Positions 1 to 9,932 of a stretch of 64,000 nucleotides of DNA are shown here, one piece after another. This DNA is from an uncultured Acidobacteriota bacterium (GTDB lineage: Bacteria > Acidobacteriota > Vicinamibacteria > Vicinamibacterales > UBA8438): contig CAJWLU010000012.1 in NCBI GenBank assembly GCA_913043225.1, forward strand, positions 1 through 64,000, written 5' to 3'. The first letter of the stretch is position 1. Each line of letters begins with the position of its first letter. A model generated the notes under the pieces. The model did not search any database and was not told the origin of the DNA. It worked only from the letters and a program-made list of their open reading frames with translations. Position numbers and translations under genes: made by a program.

Positions 1-72
1 GATCCCGCGGGGGAGAGATAGGGGAGACGGGAAATACGATGTCGGTAAGTTGTTGATCAGTAATACGTTAAG

Positions 73-425
73 TGGTGGAGGCGGCGGGAGTCGAACCCGC
101 GTCCGAAGATACGTCCCCACGAGCGTCTACATGCTTGTCCGCGCCTGTTATTTCACCGTCCCCGTGAGAGCGCGGCCAAAACCGGGAACGGCTGAGCGCC
201 GATTGATCTCACCGCGACCCCTCGGTGCCAAAGGTCGTGGCCAGCCTGTTAAATGACGTTCCGTCCCACCCCACAGGCAAAGGTGAGGGGAACGTCGTCG
301 CCTATTTAGGCGGCGAGAGCGAGCTGCGAATCCGCAGTTATGGTGTTTTCCATCGGATTAACGAGTCGATGGTGCTCGGCATGCATCTCGTGTTCGCCCA
401 TCCCCGTCGAAGCCGTGTCGCCCCC
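73..425 (-). ncRNA. ssrA: tmRNA
   Basis: Minus strand 5' GGGGGCG pairs with 3' CGCCTCC-ACCA including a G3.U pair; T-arm GGTTCGACTCC; tag ORF at 335..306 reads ADSQLALAA-stop after ATAACT. Confidence 0.97.
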
Positions 426-623
426 TTGATGTGAGTGCCGGGCGGGGGTCGGGGTCCCGCCATGACCGCTCAGCGCACAGGCCGAACGGCTACGCTATTG
501 TAGCGTGTTTCTAGGGCGCACAGCGCAGCGCGCTGTTGCATAGAACTACCTGAAGACACATTGGTTCGACCGCTCGTCCGAGTTGACGAGCTTTCCGGTC
601 GACGCGGATAATTCGGACATCGC

Positions 624-1643
624 ATGGGTCGTGAAGAGAAGTTCCAGGCTAGTGAACAGCTGGTGCAGCGGATTCGGCGGCAGGCCAAACAGGAGATGCG
701 TGGCGTCGTCAGCGAATTGCTGACCCAGGCTGTGCGCGAGCGCGCCAGTGGCACCGTCGAGGACCGTCACGTGGTCGAGGATGTCCAGCTGAAGGCGGTG
801 CGGGACGAAGGGGCGCGGGTGCGGGCCGAGGTGGAGCGGGTCTGGGCCGCCAAATTCAAGGAGGCCAACGAGGCCGCGACCGAAGCATTGAAATCGGCAC
901 GCGAGGACGCTGACCGCCAGCTGATCGAGAAGGTGGCGAGCGTGCGGGCCGAAGGCCAGCGAGTGCTTGAGGCCGCGCTCGAGGCGGCCCGGCAAGAGGC
1001 GGACCGGAACCTGGAGGCCCGGGTCAATCAGGTGCGTCGGCAAGCCGAGAACATCGTGGCCAGCGAGTTGGCCACGGAGCCAGTCGAGGCGTTTGCTCCC
1101 GAGGAGCCTGGTACCGGCGAGGTGCTGGGAGACGTACTCGGCGCGGTGCGGCGTCTCAACGAGGCGTCGAGTCTGACCGAAGCGCTCGATGCACTGGGTC
1201 AGACGGCTGTTGAGCATGTCAGCCGGGCCGCGGTGCTGACGGTGCAAGAGGATCAGGTGCGCGGCTGGAGCTTCGTCGGCTTCGGTGACGCGCTCGAGCG
1301 TGATGCCCGTCGGGTTGCTCTGGCCGTGGGCGAGACGGGGCTCATTGGACGTGCGGTGGTGGCCGCCGCCTCATGCGAGATTGGCACTGACGATGAGCCG
1401 TCCGATGATCTGCGACCGCCGTTTGCCGGGCTCCAGCCTGGGGCCGGAGCGTTGGCATCGCCGATTAGGGTCGGCGGCCAGGTCATGGCGGTGCTCTACG
1501 GTGACGACCAGGGCGAGACCACGCATCCGGCCTGGCGCCAGGCGCTAGAGATTTTGGCCCGTCACGCTGGCCACTGTCTTGAAGCGCTGACTGCCACCCG
1601 CGCGGCCCAACTCGTCAGGTACGAGAACCCCGACCACACTTAG
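624..1643 (+). CDS. Coiled-coil protein with C-terminal GAF-like domain
   Basis: Ala/Glu/Arg-rich heptad N-terminus; C-terminal 'PIRVGGQVMAVLYGD' GAF-type strands. Confidence 0.65.
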   Translation: MGREEKFQASEQLVQRIRRQAKQEMRGVVSELLTQAVRERASGTVEDRHVVEDVQLKAVRDEGARVRAEVERVWAAKFKEANEAATEALKSAREDADRQLIEKVASVRAEGQRVLEAALEAARQEADRNLEARVNQVRRQAENIVASELATEPVEAFAPEEPGTGEVLGDVLGAVRRLNEASSLTEALDALGQTAVEHVSRAAVLTVQEDQVRGWSFVGFGDALERDARRVALAVGETGLIGRAVVAAASCEIGTDDEPSDDLRPPFAGLQPGAGALASPIRVGGQVMAVLYGDDQGETTHPAWRQALEILARHAGHCLEALTATRAAQLVRYENPDHT

Positions 1644-1779
1644 CGGTGCGGCCGTCGGGACTGCCAGATGGCTGGGCTCAAGCTGCCGGTCGTCGGTCAC
1701 TGGCCAACGACAGTAAGGGCTGGCACATGGATGTCTTGGTGCCAGTGCTTCGGGCTCAAAGCCCGAGGCGACGCCGTTC

Positions 1780-2976
1780 CTAGTTCGCCAGTGACGGCAC
1801 TCGCAGATTCTGGCCGATCCGGATCACGGTGTTTCGCCCCATGCCGTTGGCGGACTGGATGGCGCGCACGCTGGTGCCGTAGCGTTCGGCGATGCGGCCC
1901 AGGGTGTCTCCCTGTGACACGCGGTAGGTCGTGAAGGTCGGTCTCGGCGCTTCGGGGCGCACCCTGAGGGTGGTGCCCGGCGTCAGAGCTTGGTTCCACA
2001 AGCCGTTGTCTCGCACGATCCGCCACGGATTCGACTTGAGCCGGTCGGCGATCTGAGGCAGTGTGTCGCCGGCTTGCACGATGTGCTCGTTGTACCTGCC
2101 TTCCCAGGCGAGCGGAATCCGCAGCAGCTGGCCGGCCGGTAGGCTCTGTAGCCGCCACAAACTGTTGGCGTCACGCAACACCTCGAGCGGCACTTCCATG
2201 ATGAATGCTAGGCGCAGGTAGTTATCGCCGTGTCGCGTCGTGTACAGCAGATGATCGCCGTCCGGCGTGAAGAGGTCGTCCCGCGGCGCGGGCGGATACG
2301 CTACCTGCTGACCCACCCGGAGCGCGCGGGTGGCCAGGAACGGGTTATGGAGCCGCAACTGCACAATCGGCAGGCCGAGTCGTTCAGACAGCGTCCACCA
2401 GCTATCGCCCTCTTGGACGGTCTCCAGCCGGATGTCGAGCGCCTGGTGCCGGATCGACGTGTCGTAGAGCTTCAGGGCATTGCGGTAGTCGCTGACCTGG
2501 AAGATGTACTGCAGCGTTTCCAGATACATCGGCCGGTTCCGCGACACCCGGCCGGGGCCGCCGTTGTAGGCCGCTAGCGCGTAGTCCTCGCGGCCAAATC
2601 GGTTGACCTGTTGAGAGAGATACTTGATGCCGGCTTCGATGTTCGTGTCGACCCGTAGCTCGCGGAATGTTGCGGGCATCACCTGGAAGTAGCCGCGCGC
2701 GCCGTCGATCGACACTACCGACCCGTTGCCGCCGGATTCATGGAGCACCACGGCGCGGGCCAGGTCGGGGTCGAGCCCGTACTGGTCGCTGAACCGTTTG
2801 ATCTCCGCATCGATCTCCATCACCTTGCGGTACATCCCGAGCAGGGACGGGGAGAACGCGTTCAGCGGCAGCAGCTGTGCGTCGCCCGAGCCGGCGGGCT
2901 GAGCGAGGGCTAGGGAGCCCAGGGCAAGAGCGGCCAGTAGGACGGCGGCTGAGGCTAGGATCGAGACACGCGGCAT
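1780..2976 (-). CDS. Lytic transglycosylase (SLT domain) with LysM repeats
   Basis: Signal peptide; HES catalytic Glu, GYFQVMPAT, ALAAYNGG; LysM motifs VQEGDS, VQAGDTL, VSQGDTL. Confidence 0.92.
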   Translation of the reverse strand: MPRVSILASAAVLLAALALGSLALAQPAGSGDAQLLPLNAFSPSLLGMYRKVMEIDAEIKRFSDQYGLDPDLARAVVLHESGGNGSVVSIDGARGYFQVMPATFRELRVDTNIEAGIKYLSQQVNRFGREDYALAAYNGGPGRVSRNRPMYLETLQYIFQVSDYRNALKLYDTSIRHQALDIRLETVQEGDSWWTLSERLGLPIVQLRLHNPFLATRALRVGQQVAYPPAPRDDLFTPDGDHLLYTTRHGDNYLRLAFIMEVPLEVLRDANSLWRLQSLPAGQLLRIPLAWEGRYNEHIVQAGDTLPQIADRLKSNPWRIVRDNGLWNQALTPGTTLRVRPEAPRPTFTTYRVSQGDTLGRIAERYGTSVRAIQSANGMGRNTVIRIGQNLRVPSLAN

Positions 2977-3125
2977 CGGTTCGCTCCGTGCGGTGTTACG
3001 CAGAATCGTGAATGTTTCTCGGCCGAGTTATAGCCTAGAAGATCCTTTCTTTTCAAGTACTTGCGGGTTCTGTGTCGGTGCCAGTTCCCCAGGGTGCTCG
3101 CGGGCCGCGCCATATAATGGCGCCC

Positions 3126-4304
3126 ATGTCAAGACGCACTGGGTCAAAGAAGACGGCCCTGTTTACCGAGTCGGTCATCCGGGAGATGACCCGGCTGTCG
3201 GACGAACACGGCGCCATCAACCTCTCCCAGGGTTTCCCCGACTTCGCTGCGCCTGAGGCGCTGAAGGCTGCCGCCCGCGACGCGATCACGGCCGACATCA
3301 ATCAGTACGCTATCACCTGGGGAGCCACGTCGCTCCGCGAGGCGGTGGCGCGCGAGTTTACCCGTCGCTACGACCTCGCCGTGAGTCCAGATCAAGTCAC
3401 CGTCTGCTGCGGGTCGACCGAGGCGATGCTCACGACGCTCCTGGCCATGGTGGATCCGGGCGAGGAGGTCATCGTTTTCGAGCCGTTCTACGAGAACTAC
3501 GGTCCCGACAGCATCATCTCGGGCGCCGTGCCTCGGTATGTGACGCTGCGGGAGCCCGACTGGACGTTCGACCCGGACGAGCTGGCGGCGGTCTTCAACG
3601 AGCGCACTCGCGCCATCATCATCAACAGCCCGAACAATCCCACCGGGAAGGTGTTTACGCCGGATGAATTGGGCATCATCGCCGCGCTCTGCCAGCAGTG
3701 GGACGTGCTGGCGGTCACCGACGAGATCTACGAGCACATCCTGTATGACGGGGCGCGTCACGTACCCATGGCCACCATCAACGGGATGGAAGACCGCACC
3801 ATTACCATCAACAGCCTATCGAAGACCTACAGCGTGACCGGGTGGCGGGTGGGGTGGGCGATTGCTCCTCCCCATCTGGCGGGCGCCATCCGGAAGGTGC
3901 ACGACTTTCTGACGGTGGGCGCCGCCGCGCCGCTCCAGGAGGCGGGCGCCGTGGCCCTGTCGTTGCCAGACAGCTACTACGCCGAACTGGCCGCCGGATA
4001 CGTCAGGCGGCGCGATATCCTGCTGCCGGCCCTCGAGGCGCTCGGGTTCGTCTGCTACCGGCCTGCGGGCGCGTACTACATCATGACCGACGTCGCTGGT
4101 TTTGGTTTTTCCGACGACGTCGAGTTCTCGCGCTACCTGACGAGCGAAGTCGGGGTGGCGGTGGTGCCGGGTAGCAGCTTCTACCACGACCCGGCGCTGG
4201 GCCGGACGAAGGTGCGGTTCACCTTCTGCAAGCAACTCGACACGCTGGAGGAGGCGGCCCGTCGGCTTCAGGTCGTGACCGCGAGAACGTTACCCGGGGT
4301 ATGA
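3126..4304 (+). CDS. PLP-dependent class I/II aminotransferase (YbdL-like)
   Basis: INLSQGFPD, NSPNNPTG, DEIYE, SLSKTYSVTGWRVG; start chosen 7 nt after TATAAT at 3113-3118. Confidence 0.93.
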   Translation: MSRRTGSKKTALFTESVIREMTRLSDEHGAINLSQGFPDFAAPEALKAAARDAITADINQYAITWGATSLREAVAREFTRRYDLAVSPDQVTVCCGSTEAMLTTLLAMVDPGEEVIVFEPFYENYGPDSIISGAVPRYVTLREPDWTFDPDELAAVFNERTRAIIINSPNNPTGKVFTPDELGIIAALCQQWDVLAVTDEIYEHILYDGARHVPMATINGMEDRTITINSLSKTYSVTGWRVGWAIAPPHLAGAIRKVHDFLTVGAAAPLQEAGAVALSLPDSYYAELAAGYVRRRDILLPALEALGFVCYRPAGAYYIMTDVAGFGFSDDVEFSRYLTSEVGVAVVPGSSFYHDPALGRTKVRFTFCKQLDTLEEAARRLQVVTARTLPGV

Positions 4305-4336
4305 AGGTCCCGCGGGCGGTCGTTAAGCCGCGAGAC

Positions 4337-5167
4337 CTAGAATCTGAGCAGGGCGCCGAAGTAGGCGCCCTCGAGCTTTAGCCGCCCGACGTCCTCGTTG
4401 CTGGTCACGTTGAGGTCCAGCGAGCGGTACCCCCCCTGCACTCCGAAGTTGTCGGTCAGGTTGATGACCGCTGAGAAGTCGTAGTCGACGTACTCGCCGC
4501 TAAACTCGTCGAGCCTGGTGTCGCGTGGCAACCGGAACAGGCTGAATTCACCGGCGATGGCCAGCATCCGCAGGGGGTAGAGCCGCAGCACGCCGCCGAT
4601 GGCCGGAATCGGTCCCCGGGCCCGCGTGAACTCGCGGCCGAACGGCGCTTCGAGCGCCGCTTCGATGTCGGTGTAGCGCGCTTCCAGGATTACGCCGAAG
4701 TAGCCGCGGGTGCGGTGAATCAGGTCGTACTCGTAGCCGAGCCGCCAGGCGTCCCAGCGAATGGCCGAGTTGACCGGCACGCCGCTGTCATAGGCGATGC
4801 CTCTGAACACCAGGCGCCGTTCCACCGTCGTCTGCGCGGCGTAGCGGATCGGGATGTAGTCGATCCGGAGGCGGTGTTTGCGTCCGGGTCTGAGCCTGAG
4901 CCGCACTTCACCGAAACGTTCCGAGCCGATGCCGAGATCGGTGCCGAAGTCGATGTCCGTTCCGGCGATACCGAACGCATCGGAGGACACCGTGATCTGC
5001 GGTGAGGGCGACCACATACCGGCCATCAGTTCCACCCTGTAGGTCTCACCGATCGGCAGGTCCGACGCCGGGGTAAAGGACTGAGCCCATGCGGGCGCGG
5101 TTGAGGCCAGCAGAAGGACCGTCGTGCCGACGGCGGAGACGAGCGCGCGCGCGTGTGTTTTGGTCAT
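4337..5167 (-). CDS. Outer-membrane beta-barrel protein
   Basis: Signal peptide, amphipathic beta strands, C-terminal YFGALLRF beta-signal. Confidence 0.75.
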   Translation of the reverse strand: MTKTHARALVSAVGTTVLLLASTAPAWAQSFTPASDLPIGETYRVELMAGMWSPSPQITVSSDAFGIAGTDIDFGTDLGIGSERFGEVRLRLRPGRKHRLRIDYIPIRYAAQTTVERRLVFRGIAYDSGVPVNSAIRWDAWRLGYEYDLIHRTRGYFGVILEARYTDIEAALEAPFGREFTRARGPIPAIGGVLRLYPLRMLAIAGEFSLFRLPRDTRLDEFSGEYVDYDFSAVINLTDNFGVQGGYRSLDLNVTSNEDVGRLKLEGAYFGALLRF

Positions 5168-5205
5168 GGGTACTCTCGACCTGGTGCGACGTCGGTAATG
5201 GGAGA

Positions 5206-5221
5206 AGCAGATGCCGTGCCA
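5206..5221 (-). promoter_or_regulatory. Putative sigma54 (-24/-12) promoter
   Basis: Minus strand TGGCACGGCATCTGCT with correct GG/GC spacing, about 40 nt upstream of ATG 5167. Confidence 0.65.
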
Positions 5222-5428
5222 CTCTGCGCAGAACGGTGCACTCCCGTACGGCCCTATCGGCGCGTGGGTCCGTCGGCTGTAGGCTCGACAACCTCGTAAG
5301 CCGAGGTTCCGAAACTGTTATCCTTGCCTGTAGCGGTCGAGGTGTTCTGCGACCGAGACTTTGCGGGCTTTGACCTGGCCGTTCAGCCAAGCGTGGGCGT
5401 CAGCGGCTTTCCACTTCTAACAGCGCCC

Positions 5429-7180
5429 ATGTCCCCGCTCCGTAAGCTCCTGCCACGTGTGCTCCGTTATCGCCGTGAGTTTCTCTGGGGGCTCCTGTAT
5501 CTGACCTGCGCAAGCGGGCTGGCGCTGGCCGGGCCGTGGGTGCTGCGCTATGCCATCGACGATCTCACCGCCAACGTGACCCGGGCTAAGCTGGGGCTCT
5601 ACGCGGGCGCCCTGCTAGGGCTCGCCATGCTGGCCGGGCTGTTCCGGTTCTTGATGCGTCGCATCATCGTGGGGGCGTCGCGCGCCATCGAATACGACCT
5701 TCGGAATTTGTTCTACGCGCGGCTTCAGCGGCTGCCGCTCTCCTACTTCCAGAAGCAGCGGACGGGCGATCTGATGTCGCGGGCCACCAACGATCTGAAC
5801 GCGGTGCGGATGATGGTGGGCCCGGCCATCATGTATATGGCCAGCACGGGGATCACGTTCGTCGTGGCGGTCTCCCTGATGGTCTCGATCGAGCCCACCC
5901 TCACGCTGCTGGCACTCCTGCCGCTTCCGCTGGTGACCGTGGTCGTCAAGCGCGCCGGAGCCGCCATCTATCGGCACACCGCGCGGATCCAAGAGCAGCT
6001 CTCGACCTTAAGCGCGGTCGTGCAGGAATCGCTGGCCGGGGTGCGGGTGGTGCGCGCCTATGGACGGGAGGCGATCGAGACCGAACGTTTTCGCGAGGAG
6101 AACGCCGAGTATCTCCGACGCAACACAAGCCTGATCCGATTGCAGGCGATCTTTTATCCCAGCATGGGGTTCATTCTTGGCCTGGCCGGATTGCTGGTGC
6201 TGTGGGTGGGTGCGCGGCACGTGATCGAGGGGCGGATCACGGTCGGTCAGTTTGTGGCGTTTAACGCGTATCTGGTCATGCTCACCTGGCCGATGATCGC
6301 GTTCGGATTTGTGACCAATCTACTGCAGCGAGGGTCTGCGGCGTGGCGACGGATGGACGAGGTCCTTTCGACCGAGCCCGCCGAAACCGAGTCAACACGT
6401 GGGGAGGTGCCGGCGCGGCCGCTCGCTGGTCACCTCGAGCTACGCGACCTCACCTTCGCCTACAACGGTCAGCCGGTGCTCGACGGCGTCTCGGTGGTGG
6501 TCGAGCCGGGGCAGACGCTGGCCTTGGTGGGACCGACCGGGTCCGGGAAGTCGACCCTGCTGGGGCTGCTCCCACGCCTGTTCGATCCGCCAGCCGGAGC
6601 GGTCTTCATCGACGGACATGATGTGCGCGATCTGCCGCTGGCTACCTTGCGGTCGACGATCGCCATGGCGCCGCAGGACCCGTTCCTATTCTCGGACACC
6701 GTGGTCGCCAATGTTCGCTTCGGTCTGGGGGATGGGGCCACAGAACCGGACGCGGCTGCCGGCGAAGCGATGGCAACCTCCCGGCTTGACAAGGATCTGG
6801 AGGATCTGCCTGACGGCGATCAGACCCGAGTGGGCGAGCGCGGTGTCACCCTATCTGGAGGGCAGAAGCAGCGGGCGTCGCTGGCGAGGGCGATCGCGGC
6901 GGATCCTCGTATCTTGCTGCTCGACGATGCACTGTCGGCCGTCGACGCCTACACCGAGGCAGAAATCTTGGGGCGCCTCGGCACCGTGATGCATGGCCGG
7001 ACGACGGTTATCGTCTCCCATCGCATCTCGACCGTGCAGCGGGCCGACCTGATCCTGGTGCTCGACGAAGGACGGGTCGTCGAGCGCGGTACGCACGACG
7101 AACTACTGGCGCGCGGCGGTCTGTATGCCGGCCTGTATCAGAAGCAGCTGCTTGAGCAGGCGCTGGAGGAAGTGTCCTGA
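5429..7180 (+). CDS. ABC exporter permease/ATPase, MdlA-like half of heterodimer
   Basis: TMD plus [17 protein letters not shown], degenerate Walker B LLDDALS. Confidence 0.92.
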   Translation: MSPLRKLLPRVLRYRREFLWGLLYLTCASGLALAGPWVLRYAIDDLTANVTRAKLGLYAGALLGLAMLAGLFRFLMRRIIVGASRAIEYDLRNLFYARLQRLPLSYFQKQRTGDLMSRATNDLNAVRMMVGPAIMYMASTGITFVVAVSLMVSIEPTLTLLALLPLPLVTVVVKRAGAAIYRHTARIQEQLSTLSAVVQESLAGVRVVRAYGREAIETERFREENAEYLRRNTSLIRLQAIFYPSMGFILGLAGLLVLWVGARHVIEGRITVGQFVAFNAYLVMLTWPMIAFGFVTNLLQRGSAAWRRMDEVLSTEPAETESTRGEVPARPLAGHLELRDLTFAYNGQPVLDGVSVVVEPGQTLALVGPTGSGKSTLLGLLPRLFDPPAGAVFIDGHDVRDLPLATLRSTIAMAPQDPFLFSDTVVANVRFGLGDGATEPDAAAGEAMATSRLDKDLEDLPDGDQTRVGERGVTLSGGQKQRASLARAIAADPRILLLDDALSAVDAYTEAEILGRLGTVMHGRTTVIVSHRISTVQRADLILVLDEGRVVERGTHDELLARGGLYAGLYQKQLLEQALEEVS

Positions 7181-9021
7181 TGGCCCGCACCCGGATCGCC
7201 ATGTCTGACGACGATGTCTTGGGCAAGGCCTATGACGGCCGGCTTATGCGGCGGCTTGTTGGCTTCATGCGGCCGCACCGGGTGGCCATCGCCTGGGCAT
7301 TCGCCTCGATCGTCGGTCTCTCGGCACTGCAGCTTGCGCCGCCCTACCTCACCAAACTGGCCATCGACGAGCACATCGTGACCGGACAACTGGAGGGGCT
7401 CGGCGTGCTCGCCAGTATCTTCCTCACCGTGCTGGTGCTGTCCTACGTGTTCGAGTTCGCGCAGACCTATCTGATGCAGGTCACCGGTCAGCGCATCATC
7501 TTCGACCTTAGGATGCGCATCCAGGAGCATCTGCAGCGGCTCGACGTGGCCTTCTACGACCGGAACCCCGTGGGGCGGCTAATGACCCGGGTCACCACCG
7601 ACGTCGATGCACTGAACGACCTGTTCGCGTCGGGTGTGATCACGGTGTTCCGTGACGTCTTCACGCTGGTGGGAATCGCCGTCGTGTTGTTCGTTATGGA
7701 CTGGCGGCTGGCCATCGTCGCGCTCTCGGTGCTTCCGCTGATCGCTGCAGTCACCCAGTGGTTTCGGACCAACGCGCGACAGTCCTACCGCGAGGTGCGG
7801 GGGTGGATCGCCCGGATCAACGCGTTCCTGCAGGAGAACATCACCGGGATGGCCACCGTGCAGCTCTTCCGGCGGGAGGAGCGGCACTTCGCGAAGTTCG
7901 ATGAAGTCAACCAGGGCCATCGCGACGCGAACATTGCCAGCATTTTCTATTACGCGGTGTTCTACCCGGCCATTGAGATTCTGGGCGCGCTAGCCATCGC
8001 CGCCATCCTGTGGTTTGGGGGCGGGTGGACGCTGCAGGGCACGCTGGAGCTCGGGTCGCTGGTGGCGTTCGTCCTCTACTCGCAGAGGTTCTTCCGGCCG
8101 ATTCAAGATCTGTCGGAGAAGTTCAACGTGCTGCAGTCGGCGATGGCCTCGTCGGAGCGGATTTTCGCGCTGCTCGATACGTCGGTCGACATCGTCGGTC
8201 CGCAGGCGTTTGCCGTACCCACTCCGTCGTCGGCAACCACGAAGCGCGGGCCAGGACACATCCGGTTTGAGCACGTCTGGTTCGCCTATCGTGACGAGAA
8301 TTGGGTGCTGGAGGACGTCTCGTTTGAGGTGGCGCCCGGCCAGAGGGTGGGCGTGGTCGGGGCCACCGGGGCGGGGAAGACCACCGTCATCAACCTGCTG
8401 ATGCGGTTTTACGATATCCAGCGCGGGCGCATCACCATCGATAGGGTTGATATCCGCGAACTGCCGCTCGACACGCTGCGCGCCAGGTTCGGGCTGGTGC
8501 TGCAGGATGTATATCTGTTCTCGGGCACCGTGGCTGACAACATCCGGCTGGGACGTGAGTCGATCTCCGACGCGGAGGTGCGCCGCGCGGCCGAAGCGGT
8601 GCACGCCGACCGATTCATCCGTGCACTGCCGGATGGTTACGAAATGGCGGTGGCGGAGCGGGGCGCCACCTTCTCGGTGGGACAACGCCAGCTGTTGTCA
8701 TTCGCCCGGGCCCTCGCCCACGACCCAGCCGTGCTCGTGCTCGACGAGGCCACTTCTAGCATCGACACTGACACCGAGCGTCTCATCCAGGAGGCCCTGC
8801 ACGTCCTCATGGCTGACCGCACCACTATCGCCGTGGCACACCGGTTGTCGACGGTGCAGGACATGGACGAGATCTTGGTGTTCCACAAGGGTCGGCTGCG
8901 TGAGCAGGGCACCCATCAGGAGCTCCTCTCTCAGCGAGGCCTCTACCACACGCTCTACGAGCTCCAGTACCGGGACCAGGAATCACAGATCGCTCCCGAA
9001 GCGCTTCCGGCGACCACATAG
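7180..9021 (+). CDS. ABC exporter permease/ATPase, MdlB-like half of heterodimer
   Basis: TGATG coupling; GATGAGKTT, degenerate signature FSVGQ, LDEATS. Confidence 0.92.
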   Translation: MARTRIAMSDDDVLGKAYDGRLMRRLVGFMRPHRVAIAWAFASIVGLSALQLAPPYLTKLAIDEHIVTGQLEGLGVLASIFLTVLVLSYVFEFAQTYLMQVTGQRIIFDLRMRIQEHLQRLDVAFYDRNPVGRLMTRVTTDVDALNDLFASGVITVFRDVFTLVGIAVVLFVMDWRLAIVALSVLPLIAAVTQWFRTNARQSYREVRGWIARINAFLQENITGMATVQLFRREERHFAKFDEVNQGHRDANIASIFYYAVFYPAIEILGALAIAAILWFGGGWTLQGTLELGSLVAFVLYSQRFFRPIQDLSEKFNVLQSAMASSERIFALLDTSVDIVGPQAFAVPTPSSATTKRGPGHIRFEHVWFAYRDENWVLEDVSFEVAPGQRVGVVGATGAGKTTVINLLMRFYDIQRGRITIDRVDIRELPLDTLRARFGLVLQDVYLFSGTVADNIRLGRESISDAEVRRAAEAVHADRFIRALPDGYEMAVAERGATFSVGQRQLLSFARALAHDPAVLVLDEATSSIDTDTERLIQEALHVLMADRTTIAVAHRLSTVQDMDEILVFHKGRLREQGTHQELLSQRGLYHTLYELQYRDQESQIAPEALPATT

Positions 9022-9042
9022 CGGTCGGCAGCCGTACGCAGA

Positions 9043-9077
9043 ATGGGCACGTACCGCGGTGAGCGGTACGTGCCCAT
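9043..9077. terminator. Perfect 15-bp hairpin between convergent genes
   Basis: ATGGGCACGTACCGC-ggtga-GCGGTACGTGCCCAT. Confidence 0.6.
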
Positions 9078-9099
9078 GGATCTTTCGATGAGAAGAGCC

Positions 9100-9747
9100 C
9101 TACAGCCCTTCGGCCTGCTTCATGAGGTTGGCGTGGGTCTCGGCCACTTCGAGGCCGCCTTCACCTTCCTGCCAGCCGGTGCGCCCGTCGCCGTTCGCAT
9201 CGACACCCGCCAGTAGCGCTTGAGCCAGGTCGTTGAGCTGAGCTACGAGCGGCCCCGCGTCCGCCGCCGAGCCGACGCTGGCGATGCGTTGGGCCAGGGC
9301 GACGATCTCGTCGGCGCGGGCCACGGTGTTGTTGGCCGAGGTGGCCACGTGGTTCGCGTGGGTCTTCACCGCGTCTGAGGCGCCCTCCGCGCCGGCCGCC
9401 GCGTTAATGTGCTGGGCCGCGCCAGCCGCTGCCTTCTTGACGCCGTAGCCGGCGCCCGGGCCGTTCTCGATCTGCTCGGGGTCCACGGCGTGCAGCACGT
9501 GGGCCGTGTGCCGCTTCATGGCATCCAGGTTCGAAGGGTCCTTGGCCGCGAGCTCGGCGTGCTGGGTTGCCACCCGAGCCTCGGCGATGGCTGCCGGCAG
9601 CAGTCCCACGCTGTCGGGCGTGTCACGCCAGCCGTCCATGACATGGCCGATATGGTTGTGGGCCGGGTTCTGCGCGGTGGCGGTGCCGGAGCCAGTCAAC
9701 AGGACCACGGCCGCAAAGACGAGAACGAGTCCAGCAGTGCGTAGCAT
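9100..9747 (-). CDS. Secreted His-rich helical hypothetical protein
   Basis: SD GAGGGAG before ATG 9747; signal peptide; Ala-rich helices with regularly spaced His; DANGDG loop. Confidence 0.8.
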   Translation of the reverse strand: MLRTAGLVLVFAAVVLLTGSGTATAQNPAHNHIGHVMDGWRDTPDSVGLLPAAIAEARVATQHAELAAKDPSNLDAMKRHTAHVLHAVDPEQIENGPGAGYGVKKAAAGAAQHINAAAGAEGASDAVKTHANHVATSANNTVARADEIVALAQRIASVGSAADAGPLVAQLNDLAQALLAGVDANGDGRTGWQEGEGGLEVAETHANLMKQAEGL

Positions 9748-9932
9748 CGTAGTTTCTCCCTCGGATGATCGCTCACAGTCAAATGACCGAAGACGTCCTT
9801 CCAGTTGCACTCTGTATATACCCCGGTCGGCACCCAAGGACAAAGCGTTGGTCGGCGGCTTCTGCTTCTCGCACCGACGACCTGGTCGGCATTGGCACAC
9901 CAAAGTACCCACCAATTGTCTTTACGGATGTC

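Noticed and set aside
50..434. Plus-strand ORFs of 68 and 69 aa
   Set aside because: Antisense to tmRNA; no coding signature.
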